A DNA stretch of 64,000 nt, taken from the NCBI RefSeq assembly GCF_964355755.1, contig NC_092674.1, positions 20,398,001 to 20,462,000 of the forward strand. Reading direction: 5' to 3'. Source of the stretch: Antedon mediterranea. Its lineage: Eukaryota; Animalia; Echinodermata. A model generated the notes under the pieces. That model was not told the DNA's origin. It searched no databases and was given only the letters and a program-made list of their open reading frames with translations. Positions 41,353-52,439 of the stretch are shown here, one piece after another. Each line of letters starts with the position of its first letter. Position 1 is the stretch's first letter. The position numbers and the translations under genes are program-made.

Positions 41353-41550
41353 CTTGATTGCGCCCTCAATCGGGATCCAATATTCTATGCATGCCAACCA
41401 CCGGCCGTGTTCATACTTACGACGTACTAGTCTGGGCTCCAGAAGGAGTTTTTTCAAATATTTTTGCACATATGGCGTTTCATACGTGTATTACTTGAGT
41501 TTGGATTTTCAGACAAAAATCGCGGTCGAAATAAAAACAAATAAATAAAA

Positions 41551-41752
41551 AACAAGGCCAACAGCCATAAGTCGCGTGCTCTCAGAAAAAAATGAACTTT
41601 CAAAAAGTATTGTACTTTAAAACTTTTCTGTACATCAAAACAGTTAAAAAAGTACAGAAAAGCGATAAACGCATAGTGATACCGGACCGACAGACAGACC
41701 GACCGACCGACCGACATAGTGAACTATAGAGTCGCGTCCACGCGACTAAAAA
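41551..41752 (-). mobile_element. Helentron-associated (DINE-1/HINE-like) non-autonomous element
   Basis: - strand: T-run, subTIR plus adjacent inverted repeat (AGTCGCGTGGACGCGACT), (GTCG/GTCT)n microsatellite, 3' subTIR CACGCGACT, short GGC..GCC hairpin, TTGTT; inserted in a T-run. Confidence 0.75.
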
Positions 41753-42783
41753 AACAATACAGACTTGGGGCAAGTCTAACGACGTACCCTCAGCGAGATT
41801 AGCCTTCGCGGCTATATAAAATATAATTGATGCCAACATAATCTTCAAAATTCCAATTTCCCAAAAAACAAAAAATATGACAAAATGCTCTAACAATAAC
41901 TTAATATCAACTTAGTTTATTGTTTAAAAAACACGATCTGAAATAACAGGTAAACAGTAAACATTTTAAATAATGTAAATTTACAGTTTCGAAATTATTG
42001 TGCAATATTTTCTTTTTATAACAAGTATATTATCAGTTAGTTTTGTGGGTAAATATTGAAATTATAATGACAAATATTATTATTATATTTTATAATTGAG
42101 TGTATTGGCCTAGGTAAAATAATTCCAACTGGACTGATCAAGAATATGCCTAACTCCAATGAAGTGGCCTCTTACAGATTCGATTTTTTCCCACGATTCA
42201 TCGGGTGTAGGCTTGGCTACCGTACCAAAAACGAGAGTATATCTTCCTCTAGGTCTTAGTAAAACTTGTTTTACGCTATGACATTGGATGAAATCATAAC
42301 CAGCATAAATAAAACTCAACCACACATAAAACCACACATGAGTCGAGTGGGATCTCACGTAATTTCTCACGCGTACGACTGTGCATTACGAAATAAAATA
42401 CTCTTACGCAATATATAATTATCTTTTCTGTTCTGGTCATTCTATACAAATTACGTACTGGTCTCTGACAAACCAGTCACGCCGCAGCTGTTGTCATGTC
42501 CACGTCTCTGTTTCAAAAGACTACAATAAGTGGCAGCAATGTGATAGGTCTACTTTGTATTTATAATCATTCTTAACAATTGTCATTGTAAAACATGTTG
42601 CACACTAGTTGCCACGTGATACAATTGTGATAATTTAATATACACTCTCATATCATCCATTCGGACGGTTCGCAAGAGACTATAACCTGTGGCAGAAAAC
42701 AAAGTTTATAAAGTTTGATTTAGAGTAAAAACCAGCAGTTACACTATAATATTTTATCGTCTTAAATACAGTTTTCGAGCAAG

Positions 42784-45684
42784 ATGCATAGTTTGAATAT
42801 CTTATGTGTGGCGATAATGTGTCTGTCACCGTGTTTTTCGTTGCCAGTTGGTAAGTATTCAGTACACACCAGTGTAAACAATATTCATAATTAAAAATTA
42901 AAGTGTTTAGCTGTTTGAATGGAACGAACCGAACTGTTAAAAGTAGGCCTACGTGCAACTTATCTTTTTCTTCAAAATAATGATACTTTCCCAGCTAACT
43001 CGATCATAGACTCAGAAATTAAAGGATGTGACACTATATGACGAAAACGATAAATAGATAAACATTTCATTTATCTTATACATGTGACAAAAAGTGTTTC
43101 ATTGTCTCTTTGATAAAATAATATTTTAAAACATCCTATCAAATGACGTCATGATCAATATAAGAACAATACAATCTTTGCAGGAACACGATATTATTGC
43201 TTTTAATAATCATGGCGTTTGATTGGACATGTGGAAAAAAATATTGTTATCAAAGGCAGCATATAAGATTATACATACCGTATAGTTCTAGGATGAAAAC
43301 TGTTTTGATTTCCTTTTCTAGTAAAAATGCATATTTATCTATTAAATCGACGATCGTTATCGTCCTTAGTGTAAATGGGCCTCTCTACATTCAAAGGAAG
43401 GTAACCATTATTTATCTATTAATCGACGATCGTTATCGTCCTTAGTGTAAATGGGCCTCTCTACATTCAAAGGAAGGTAACCATTATTTATCTATTAATC
43501 GACGATCGTTATCGTCCTTAGTGTAAATGGGCCTCTCTACATTCAAAGGAAGGTTTACCATTATTTATCTATTAATCGACGATCGTTATCGTCCTTAGTG
43601 TAAATGGGCCTCTCTACATTCAAAGGAAGGTAACCATTACCATTACTTCATCGTTACGTAGCGCAGGCCACATTCCCAATGTTTAATACAGATTAGTTTC
43701 ATGTTTACAGATAGTTTTAGAGGAACGGTCATGTTATGTTAAACATTATCTGAAAATAAACACCCATTTCTTCGCAATAGAGGCAGTTAATGCCTAAATT
43801 TGCTGTGTATGAATATACGGATAAATCGTATCTACTGATCTCTAAAGAAACACGATAAAAGTCAATCAGTAGGCCTACCTATCAACCAAATAAAAATAAC
43901 TCACTCTAACATTATATAAAATACTCCTGATACACATTGTGGAATAAACTTCTAATCTCGATTTTAGATTCTGCCTCTGACAGTGTAATTTTTAAAATCA
44001 AAAATCTTTTCGAAATATAGCCAGATATATTTTGATCAGTACTTGTCTTTTCCATCAAGTCTTTATTACCTCCTTCGCCACAATTAAATGGCGAGAGTTT
44101 ATGTGGTCGATCGTGCCACAAGCTGTTGCTTTTTTTTTTATCTTTTCGGCCATCTGCCTTAATTCTGTGACTTTATTAAATTTCAGCTGCATATTATTAT
44201 TCTTCATTTCAAAGTATGTAAATCAATATTATGAAACTTAAACTTAAAATTATAATATGAATGAATAAATATGAATTGCAGGCCCAAGGATCCCAGACGG
44301 TAACTCTGGTTCATCTGTAAACGCGGAGTTTTACATGGACAGTGGCGTTGTTGGATTCCATGAGATCGAGGGCGTCAGCAAATATATCCGAGTTGGTAAA
44401 AATCCCAAGGAACAAACAATGTAAGTTGCTGCCGTCTTCGTTATTTTCCGGGGTTATTTTCATCTTATTGATTGCATTCAGTTGTATAATGTTATTTGGA
44501 TGAACCATTTTCACAATATGTGGTTGTAAATTGTCGAATTTTGCCATCATCTGGGATGGTTAAATCATGGATCACAAATTATGTTATAGATAGTACAATG
44601 GTTAAGGAACCCATTTTAAAAGGGGAAGGAAATCAACAACGAAATCAGAATAGTGTCGTAGTGTACACTCTTGTCTGTATTGATGAATATTTGACACAAC
44701 AAAGGCAAAAAAATAAAATAAATAAAAACAATGGTTTACGATTTTCACACATTTTTTAGATTAATATTATAGTTATTATGTTTATTGTGTAGAAATTAAA
44801 AAATTGTTAATAAATAACTTAATATATCATGCACAGGGTAGACTAAGCTTGGTTAAAAACTTGCCAGGACAAGACACAACGCAAGCGAGTTGACCAATGA
44901 CAACGACTATTCATCATACACATTTTTACTGCGTTATTTTTTTATAATCCATCACTTGTGATTGGTCAAATCACGTCCTGCGTTGCCCTTTACGTTCTTT
45001 CGTGAGCCCAGGTGGGAAAAAAAGATTTAGAAAAATCTAATGTAATTATACCTAGTTGTATAATATACATGAAATTATCCTTCTAAACGTTGAATTTGTA
45101 ATGTAAAATGCTATATAACTCAATGATGAGTTTCCTTCCAAAAAAAATATAGCTGCATAGCCAATTGAAGTTTAGCGTATACCTGTTTAATCATGTTTTA
45201 TTAAATCTGATACACCATCCATTTCAGTGAAAATAATGCAGCGGGGCAAAAATTGTTGGCGCCAGGAAGTGAAGATAGACAGTTATTAGTTGACGGAAAG
45301 CCCGAGGAATCATTTCTTACGTTTCTAAATCGTCAGATACTCAGTATTGCTGCAGAAGATGAGCCTGAAACGAAGAAACAAGGTTACGTTTTTGACAACC
45401 TAGAACCCAAGTTGGAAATCGAGTTAAAACGGATGACGTGGGAGTTTCAAAAGAGGGCACTTGCCGCGAAAGAAAGCCTAAAAAATGACAGCGAACGCGA
45501 AGAAGAATTACAGAAGATTGAAAGGGATATTGATACACAAATAGTAGAAATTAGAAATGAACTCGGTAATCCGGCGGAAATTGCCGAACAAGAATCGGAA
45601 TTAGTTACTGTAGGCGATGCCATTAAACGCCGAATGAGATTGATTTTTAGTCATAATGTTCATTACGACAAGGACAGTCTTTGA
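42784..45684 (+). CDS. Uncharacterised secreted acidic/coiled-coil protein; 3 coding exons, 220 aa
   Basis: Exons 42784-42850 (MHSLNILCVAIMCLSPCFSLPV, donor G|GTAAGT, phase 1), 44282-44420 (GPRIPDGNSG..KNPKEQT, donor |GTAAGT, phase 2) and 45228-45684 (in frame with the 143-aa ORF). 663 nt, all phases compatible; AATAAA at ~45894. No family recognised. Confidence 0.78.
43332..43640. repeat. 76-bp tandem repeat, 4 copies
   Basis: CGACGATCGTTATCGTCC at 43348, 43424, 43500 and 43577. Confidence 0.95.
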
Positions 45685-47859
45685 ATATTAAAGTGTTTTT
45701 TTTAAATTTTATTTTTCTCGTAATACTGTCGAATTCTCAAAAATGTGTTCTGTCTCTTTATTAGAAATGTGTATATTTACTATTATTATTTGTATTATTA
45801 ATAATGCAAATGTACCACCGTAATCTTTATAAATTTGAAATAGAGCAAACCGGCTGGTAAATGAGAACACTCAGTATTCAACGGACTTTCGAGAATAAAT
45901 CATAAAAGTATATTATAATTAATAGAACTATTTAACGGATGTACGCCTTTCCTCGGGACCCAATGATGTGTCCTCTTAAATGGGATTTTACCGTAGTGTT
46001 GGAAAGATATTTTACTCAAAGGAAAGTGTCCCTTTAATAGGGGTTCTAGTTTTTCATTTCTTTAGCTTCTTTTAATTTAAAAAAAGAATAGACCTTAGGC
46101 GCGCCTATGAGGAGATGATCTTTAAACTTGCGTGTTTGGTCAATGCTTGACTTTTCTTTAATTAGAAAATTTTCACGATGAACTTTCTTTCAACCAACAT
46201 GGTAATTGAAAATATGTAAAATACAACTCGGTAATATAAAAAAATAGCTAACTAGAATAGAACACATGTGTATTTGAGTTTCTTTTTATATTATTGTTTA
46301 TTACAATTTTTATTCTGATGATGATGTTGTCAACGGTGGCGACCTAAACTTGCCCTATGTATTATATTTGTTTCGTTGTTTGTCTGAACTAAATGAAAAA
46401 AATACGGTGATTATGATGTTTGCATTCTGGTAGTGGCCTGTTGAAGTCGCCGATAAAGAACGGTTATATTATGCTTATTGCTGATAATGTTGATGATGAT
46501 GATGATGATTATGATGATACTGGCCAACGAAAATGGTGACAACCCTTCAGGGCCGGTGGTTATATGGGACGGGTAATTAAGTGCACGCGGTGGACTAGTT
46601 CACTATTAGTTCACTCCTCCGCTCCGTTTCTTCTTTTTAGACTCGTGACATTTCCGTTGATATATAATATATATATATATTAATATTCTATGAGTTTGTC
46701 TTGTCACACAACAACCCGCACTGGTGGCTACGGCCCTGCAATGCGATACCAATGATCTCGACGATCAAAAGAAATGGTGGTATAGTGATGATGATAATTC
46801 TGGTGATGGCGGTGAAAATAATGATTTTTACCAAATGATGGCACGTCCATTTATGGTGATTTGGGTGTTGACGGTGACGTCAGGGAGGAGAAAACAGGAG
46901 GAATTAAAATGATGATGACGTCATATAATTAATGACATTTTACAAAGATTATGATAATAATCATGATAACCTATAATGTATGTGTATTTATTCTGTGATT
47001 CTGTGAATCGATGGCACTCTCGGCTATCTTAATTTGTTTTCATAATTTGCATTTATAAATAATGCTCATAGGTCATAATCATTACAGACGGTCAAATCAT
47101 TTTCTAGGTTTCTTAATTCTTCTTACTTGTCTTGTTTATGAAGCAGAGAGCAACGGTGTAGAAAATTTATGTTGACGGTACATTAATAAGACGACAGGTT
47201 TGTATGTCAAGTCTGGCTTTCCATTCAATAAGGAATTTTAAATTGTCTACTCTTCATTCAAAGCAGGGCGATAGAGTGCACAGAGGCGCCAGAATGCTAT
47301 GCAATTATATAGATTCTCTTCTTAACATTGCTTTTGCCGGGGTTTACTGAGCTATCATTAATTCATCGAATGTTAAAATAAACGTATTCAGATGGTAATA
47401 AGAGAAATAAACATTACTAACTTCGTTTTCAACAACGTTATTCAATTAAAGTTAATTTAAGTAGGCTATCACTTATTTAATAATCAGATATTTTAACGGA
47501 AAATGACTTAGCACAGTAAAATTTGATTTTATTTTTACAAAAATAAAAATATTATACAGACCACTTTTGGGACCCAGGTTTTAATAGTCTGTAGTAGCTT
47601 TGGTCTCCTCCAACTAAAGACCGACACTAAGTGCTTGTTTAATTATTATTTAAAGGGGAATTACATGTCGTGTCCTGTCCGTTTGTGTGGATTTAAACTG
47701 CATTTTTTTTTCAAAATTCCTATATGGCTGTTCTACCTAATATGGATCAATTATACAAATTTATGATCTTTAATTGGAGGAGGAAAAAATATGAAGGAAA
47801 ATGTTAAATTGAGTTTATCCCAATCCGGCCTTTGTTCTATAATTAGAGGGAGTCTTTAA

Positions 47860-48194
47860 AGATGTATTGTCCCTCAAAACATGAAAAATTAAGATTAATT
47901 AAATCAGACGTTGAATATGTTATTTGTAGTTTTAATAAAGGTTATCACTTCCGTAGAAAAAAAAAAATATGTTTTCATTTACAAGATGACAAGATAAATG
48001 GTTAAATTCAACCAAAAACCTATTGGCTGGCAGCCAATTTGACCATTTTTTGCTTTAAATAACAGTTTTTACAGGTAAATACATTTTTTTCCGATCCAAT
48101 TTTGGTCGAAGTGGATAACTATTATGTTACATTAAAATGGCATATTCATCAAACATTTTGTTAAGAATTATTTTATCAGGGGGACAATACATCT
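47860..48194. mobile_element. Kolobok-like MITE family, copy 2
   Basis: TTAA-AGATGTATTGTCCC...GGGACAATACATCT-TTAA; internal homology to the 18131 copy. Confidence 0.85.
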
Positions 48195-48903
48195 TTAAAT
48201 AGATACAGCAAATTAATGTAAACGATAGGCGATCATGGGTCTGCGGTACAGTGGTCTCAATTGGAAGGAGATATTTTGTATTCACAACAATGAATGTCAA
48301 TTGGTTAGTTTAGGTCTATCATAAACGACCAAGGTAGCATTCATCCTAGCATAAGGACGTAGTAGCCGGATTTGGACAACACAGATAATTCATGAACTAT
48401 AGAGGGGGCACAACAATTTATGATATTGAAAAGGTCAACCACACTGTCAGTAATTAACTTCATTCAAAATCAATATTAATTTCAAGGTGCATCACATTGT
48501 ACTAAACAAAAGAACAATAAGACAAAAATATCAACACTACACAAACAGAATTACCTTATAATATCTATTTAATATCCTGCTTACAATTTGTGAAAAATAA
48601 TCTGTAAACCACTGTAAATGTAGCCAAAATATACAGATCATTTATAATTTCTTTTAGAGTATTCTACAACTGTACAATTATTATTAATTAATAACTAAAC
48701 ACATTTTAAACTATTGATAAAAAGAATACAACAAGAATATACAATAAGTAAAAGATTATAATAATAATCTTTAAAAGACACATATTAAATAACACCCTGG
48801 GATTTTTTTAAAAGATTATTTTGACATTACATTTGCAATTTACAGTACTACTTAAGGGCAAAATGAATAATAAATTTATCTTTCTTTCCGTTTTAACCTT
48901 CAT

Positions 48904-49186
48904 TTGCTAAAATGCTAACTGTGTTTTTGTTTGAACCTTCCTTAGTAAAACTCTTAGACTTAACATACGACTGCAGTAGTAGATTCATTGAGAAAGGTGT
49001 TTGCTAAATGCCCACTGTGTTTTTGTTTCAACCTTCCTTAGTAAAACTCTTAGACTTAACATACGACTGCAGTAGGAGATTCATTGAGAAAGGTGTTTGC
49101 TAAATGCCCACTGTGTTTTTGTTTAAACTTTCCTTAGTTAAACTCTTTGTAACATACGACTGCAGTAGGAGATTCATTGAGAAAGG
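48904..49186. repeat. ~96-bp tandem triplication
   Basis: CTGCAGTAG at 48971, 49067 and 49160. Confidence 0.9.
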
Positions 49187-49218
49187 GGCTTCTTCTAGTT
49201 TAACCCACTGGGTGGATA

Positions 49219-49369
49219 CAGTAGTACACCTCATGGGGACACCTCCATGACCCAACCATATAGTGACATGGGAAGCCATTTGAAGAGAGGTTAGCGTAAG
49301 TGTTAAAACATATAATTTCTCCTCATTCTATTCCTTTACTGTAGGGGTGCTCCATTAGGAGTTTCACTG
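49219..49369. mobile_element. Degenerate Tc1/pogo (Tigger-like) MITE
   Basis: TA-CAGTAGTACACCTC..GGGGACACC...GGGGTG..GAGTTTCACTG-TA; related fragments near 37043, 39317, 45960-46045 and 51530. Confidence 0.55.
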
Positions 49370-50391
49370 TATTACATTTAGCAAGTATAATGTATTGTCC
49401 CACTGTGCTTCTCTAGTACAGTACATCAGATATAAAATTTATTACAGATAGAAAGTTAAGTCACTTGTTTACTGTCCTTAAGATGCTTGTTTGTTATCAG
49501 TCTACAGTATAAATACCCAACAAATAACTATTAAACTACAATTATACAATTTAAGAATTAACATTTAATAATAATTATGCAACACATGATTTAACCTTTA
49601 CATTATAATTTTACAGTACAAGAATTTAGAGAGAAAATTTAATAATTATCAGTAATAATAATAAATCAGAACCTATATACAGTAATATTGTGCATTTTAA
49701 TAGTAAATTTTTAATTAACAAGAATATCAACAATTTCATGATGTTAAAAAAATCATTATTCATTAATATTACAATAATAATTACAATATTACAATTTCAG
49801 TAATAATATCTATGAAAATAATTAATAGTAAATTTAATGTAATATTACAGTATTAATATCACACACAATAGAAGATTTAACATACACATACAAATGGTAA
49901 TAATAGTATTTATGCAACATTAATAATAACTGTGTTTCTTCATCTAATGTAATATTTGGTTTATTATGCAATTCTCTCTAAAGCTGTGAATCATAATCAT
50001 GAATAATTATATAATATTTTGTACATATCTTTTATGAATAATCAAATATTTTAGATTTGACAGTACTTACAATACAACCTTTTACCCGATTTCTCTTCTT
50101 CTACCCTAATACACAGTCATTCAAACTCTTTTCTTTTGCATAGTTTCAGTTGATACCCAACCAAAAATATCTTTTAACTTGTATGGGACAAAATAAATCT
50201 ACAGTTTTTAATTTTACATTTCCATGTCATATAAAAAAATAGTTAACAATATCAATACTGTACTGTACATTAAATAATGCAGAAGTTATCAAATGAACAA
50301 ACAAAGTGGTCGAGAGTACATTAGATAATAGCAAGGAAAAGTGAAAACAATTCAACTCCTCCCTGATATTAATACTCTAGATACTGTTTAA

Positions 50392-50549
50392 AGATGTGTT
50401 GTCCCCAAAAACATGAAAAATGAAGATTAATTGAATCCGACTTTAAAATTACAGTTTTTTTAGGTAAATAAATTTTGTTTAGACTATAATATAAGATTAA
50501 AATCGCATTTATTTAATTTAAAAAATATTTTTCAGGGGACAATACATCT
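50392..50549. mobile_element. Kolobok-like MITE family, internally deleted copy 3
   Basis: AGATGTGTTGTCCCC...GGGGACAATACATCT; same termini, shorter interior. Confidence 0.75.
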
Positions 50550-51019
50550 TATATATGCCTAGTTTGAGAAAGGAGATTGCAGCAGGTGGATCACAGCACT
50601 GCTGCCCACCTTCCTATGTACCCTAATAAAAACACATCACAATATACACAGTGCATAAAATAGTAGTACAAATGTGTGTGTACTGTAATGCTAACATTTA
50701 CAGTTAACTGTCATGTTCACTTTTTATACCTTTTCTTGCAACAGAATTAGATGACTACATTACTGAATTAAATACACCATTAAACTGTCAGTTTGGTGCC
50801 TAAAGGAATTGTTTGCCAAAATGCACAATTCTTAGCAGCAGAGTTGCAAGAAGCCTCAAATCGTTAGGTTAGAATCTCAAGTACGTTTCTTTGATATAAA
50901 TTTAACTCTTTATTTAAAATTTTCTTTCACACTTATGAAATACTGATTCTCAATGGGAGACCTTTAATTTGTAACCACACATCCCGATCATCTGCATAAT
51001 TAAAAAATGTGTGTTTTGT

Positions 51020-51140
51020 CAGCAAATAAAGAGTGTTGGGTGAAAAAATAAAGAGTGTTGGGTGAAAAAATAAAGATTGTTGGGTGAAAAAATAAACCAT
51101 GTTTGTTGAAAAAATAGACAGTGTTTGGTGAAAAAAAAAA
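51020..51140. repeat. 22-bp degenerate tandem repeat (GAGTGTTGGGTGAAAAAATAAA), ~5 copies
   Basis: Direct inspection. Confidence 0.8.
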
Positions 51141-52023
51141 CCAAATTGTTTAATCAACAAATAAACAATATTTAGTCAACCAACAAACAATTTTTAGTCA
51201 ACAAAAACGTTCTGAAATTTCATTTTAAAAAAGGCGATCACAAATGAGTATTTTAATAAAAGTGAAATACTGTGTATATTTTATTACATAAATTATTCAC
51301 TAATTTAATACTAAAATCCAACAATCCTAAAAAGCAATACTTTAATCAGCATGGGCAATGGTCATGTGACCTCTGTATGCAGACTATAAATCCTAGGAAT
51401 TGATACCTGTTGGGTTGAAGAATATGCTTATCAATTCAGCACATTAAATTTTATGTAAACCAAATTAAATTTATTTTGTAAGCTACAACAATACAGTTAC
51501 AGGTATTCCCAGGTGTCCTAAACAAGTGTGCAGGGGACACCTTCAGCACTGGCCTCTGAATAGGGGTGTATTCCAAAGGAGGAAATTGACCATTACTATC
51601 AGTAGTTGAATTTTGAAATTTCTTGATCTGGTTATTCTATGGCACCTACCGGTATGCCGTTTTGGCAATCTGCATTTTAAATAATATTTTAACAGTTTTT
51701 TAACATGTGTAGGCCTACAGTATAGTCTTTTAACATTGCCTTTTGAAATTTGATTGTTTTTGTTTTATTGTCTTAATAATGCCAAGCAAAATCAATTTCC
51801 ATTTCAAAGTGGACCAATAGTTAAATTTGTACCTACAGGTATTAGATTGACCTTGTAACAGAGGAATCAAAGGGATATTGACACTGATCAAATGGGTATG
51901 TCACCGGTAAATACAACTACAGTACTGTATAGAGAATGTAGTATTCAATGTAGTAAAATTAATTAATACAAATGTCTAAGTCAAATAAGGAAATTATAGA
52001 AACTCATCTAATGTATATGTAGA

Positions 52024-52439
52024 CAGTGTGGCCAGCGAGCGAAATGAAATTATGCTAGGTGGCAGCACAAAATTATGCCAGATTATGCCAGACACAATTA
52101 AGGCTAAAAGTGCACCAAAACAGTGAATAAGAGGGCGGTTTATGTGTATGTTTTATGTACCACAAAGGTGGGAAGCCAAAAAAAAAAAAAAACAAAAAAA
52201 AAAACAAAAAAAGCTCTTCTGGTTTTCAGCCAAATTATGCTAGATTGTGTACAAATTATGCCAGATTTTTTTCGCAATTATGCCAGATAATATGCTAAAT
52301 CGTGGTAAATATGTTGTATGTTTGCGTTTTTCGAATTATGCCAGATTATGCCAGATTTCCTAAAATTATGCCTAGCATAAATGCCAGATGGGTCAAAATT
52401 ATGCCGGACGGCATAATTATGCCAGATTTGGCCACTATG
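52024..52439. mobile_element. Non-autonomous hAT element
   Basis: Perfect 8-bp target duplication TATGTAGA (52016-52023, 52440-52447), TIRs CAGTGTGGCCA / TGGCCACTATG, many subterminal ATTATGCCAG repeats. Confidence 0.88.

Noticed and set aside
42110-42370. 86-aa - strand ORF, or a + strand exon at 42114-42236, as coding
   Set aside because: Non-ATG start or weak donor and no recognisable motif; the signal-peptide exon at 42784 explains the gene's 5' end better.
45123-45210. Box C/D snoRNA (ATGATGA...CTGA) in the orphan gene intron
   Set aside because: No terminal stem or recognisable rRNA guide, and too close to the acceptor; the motifs are expected by chance.
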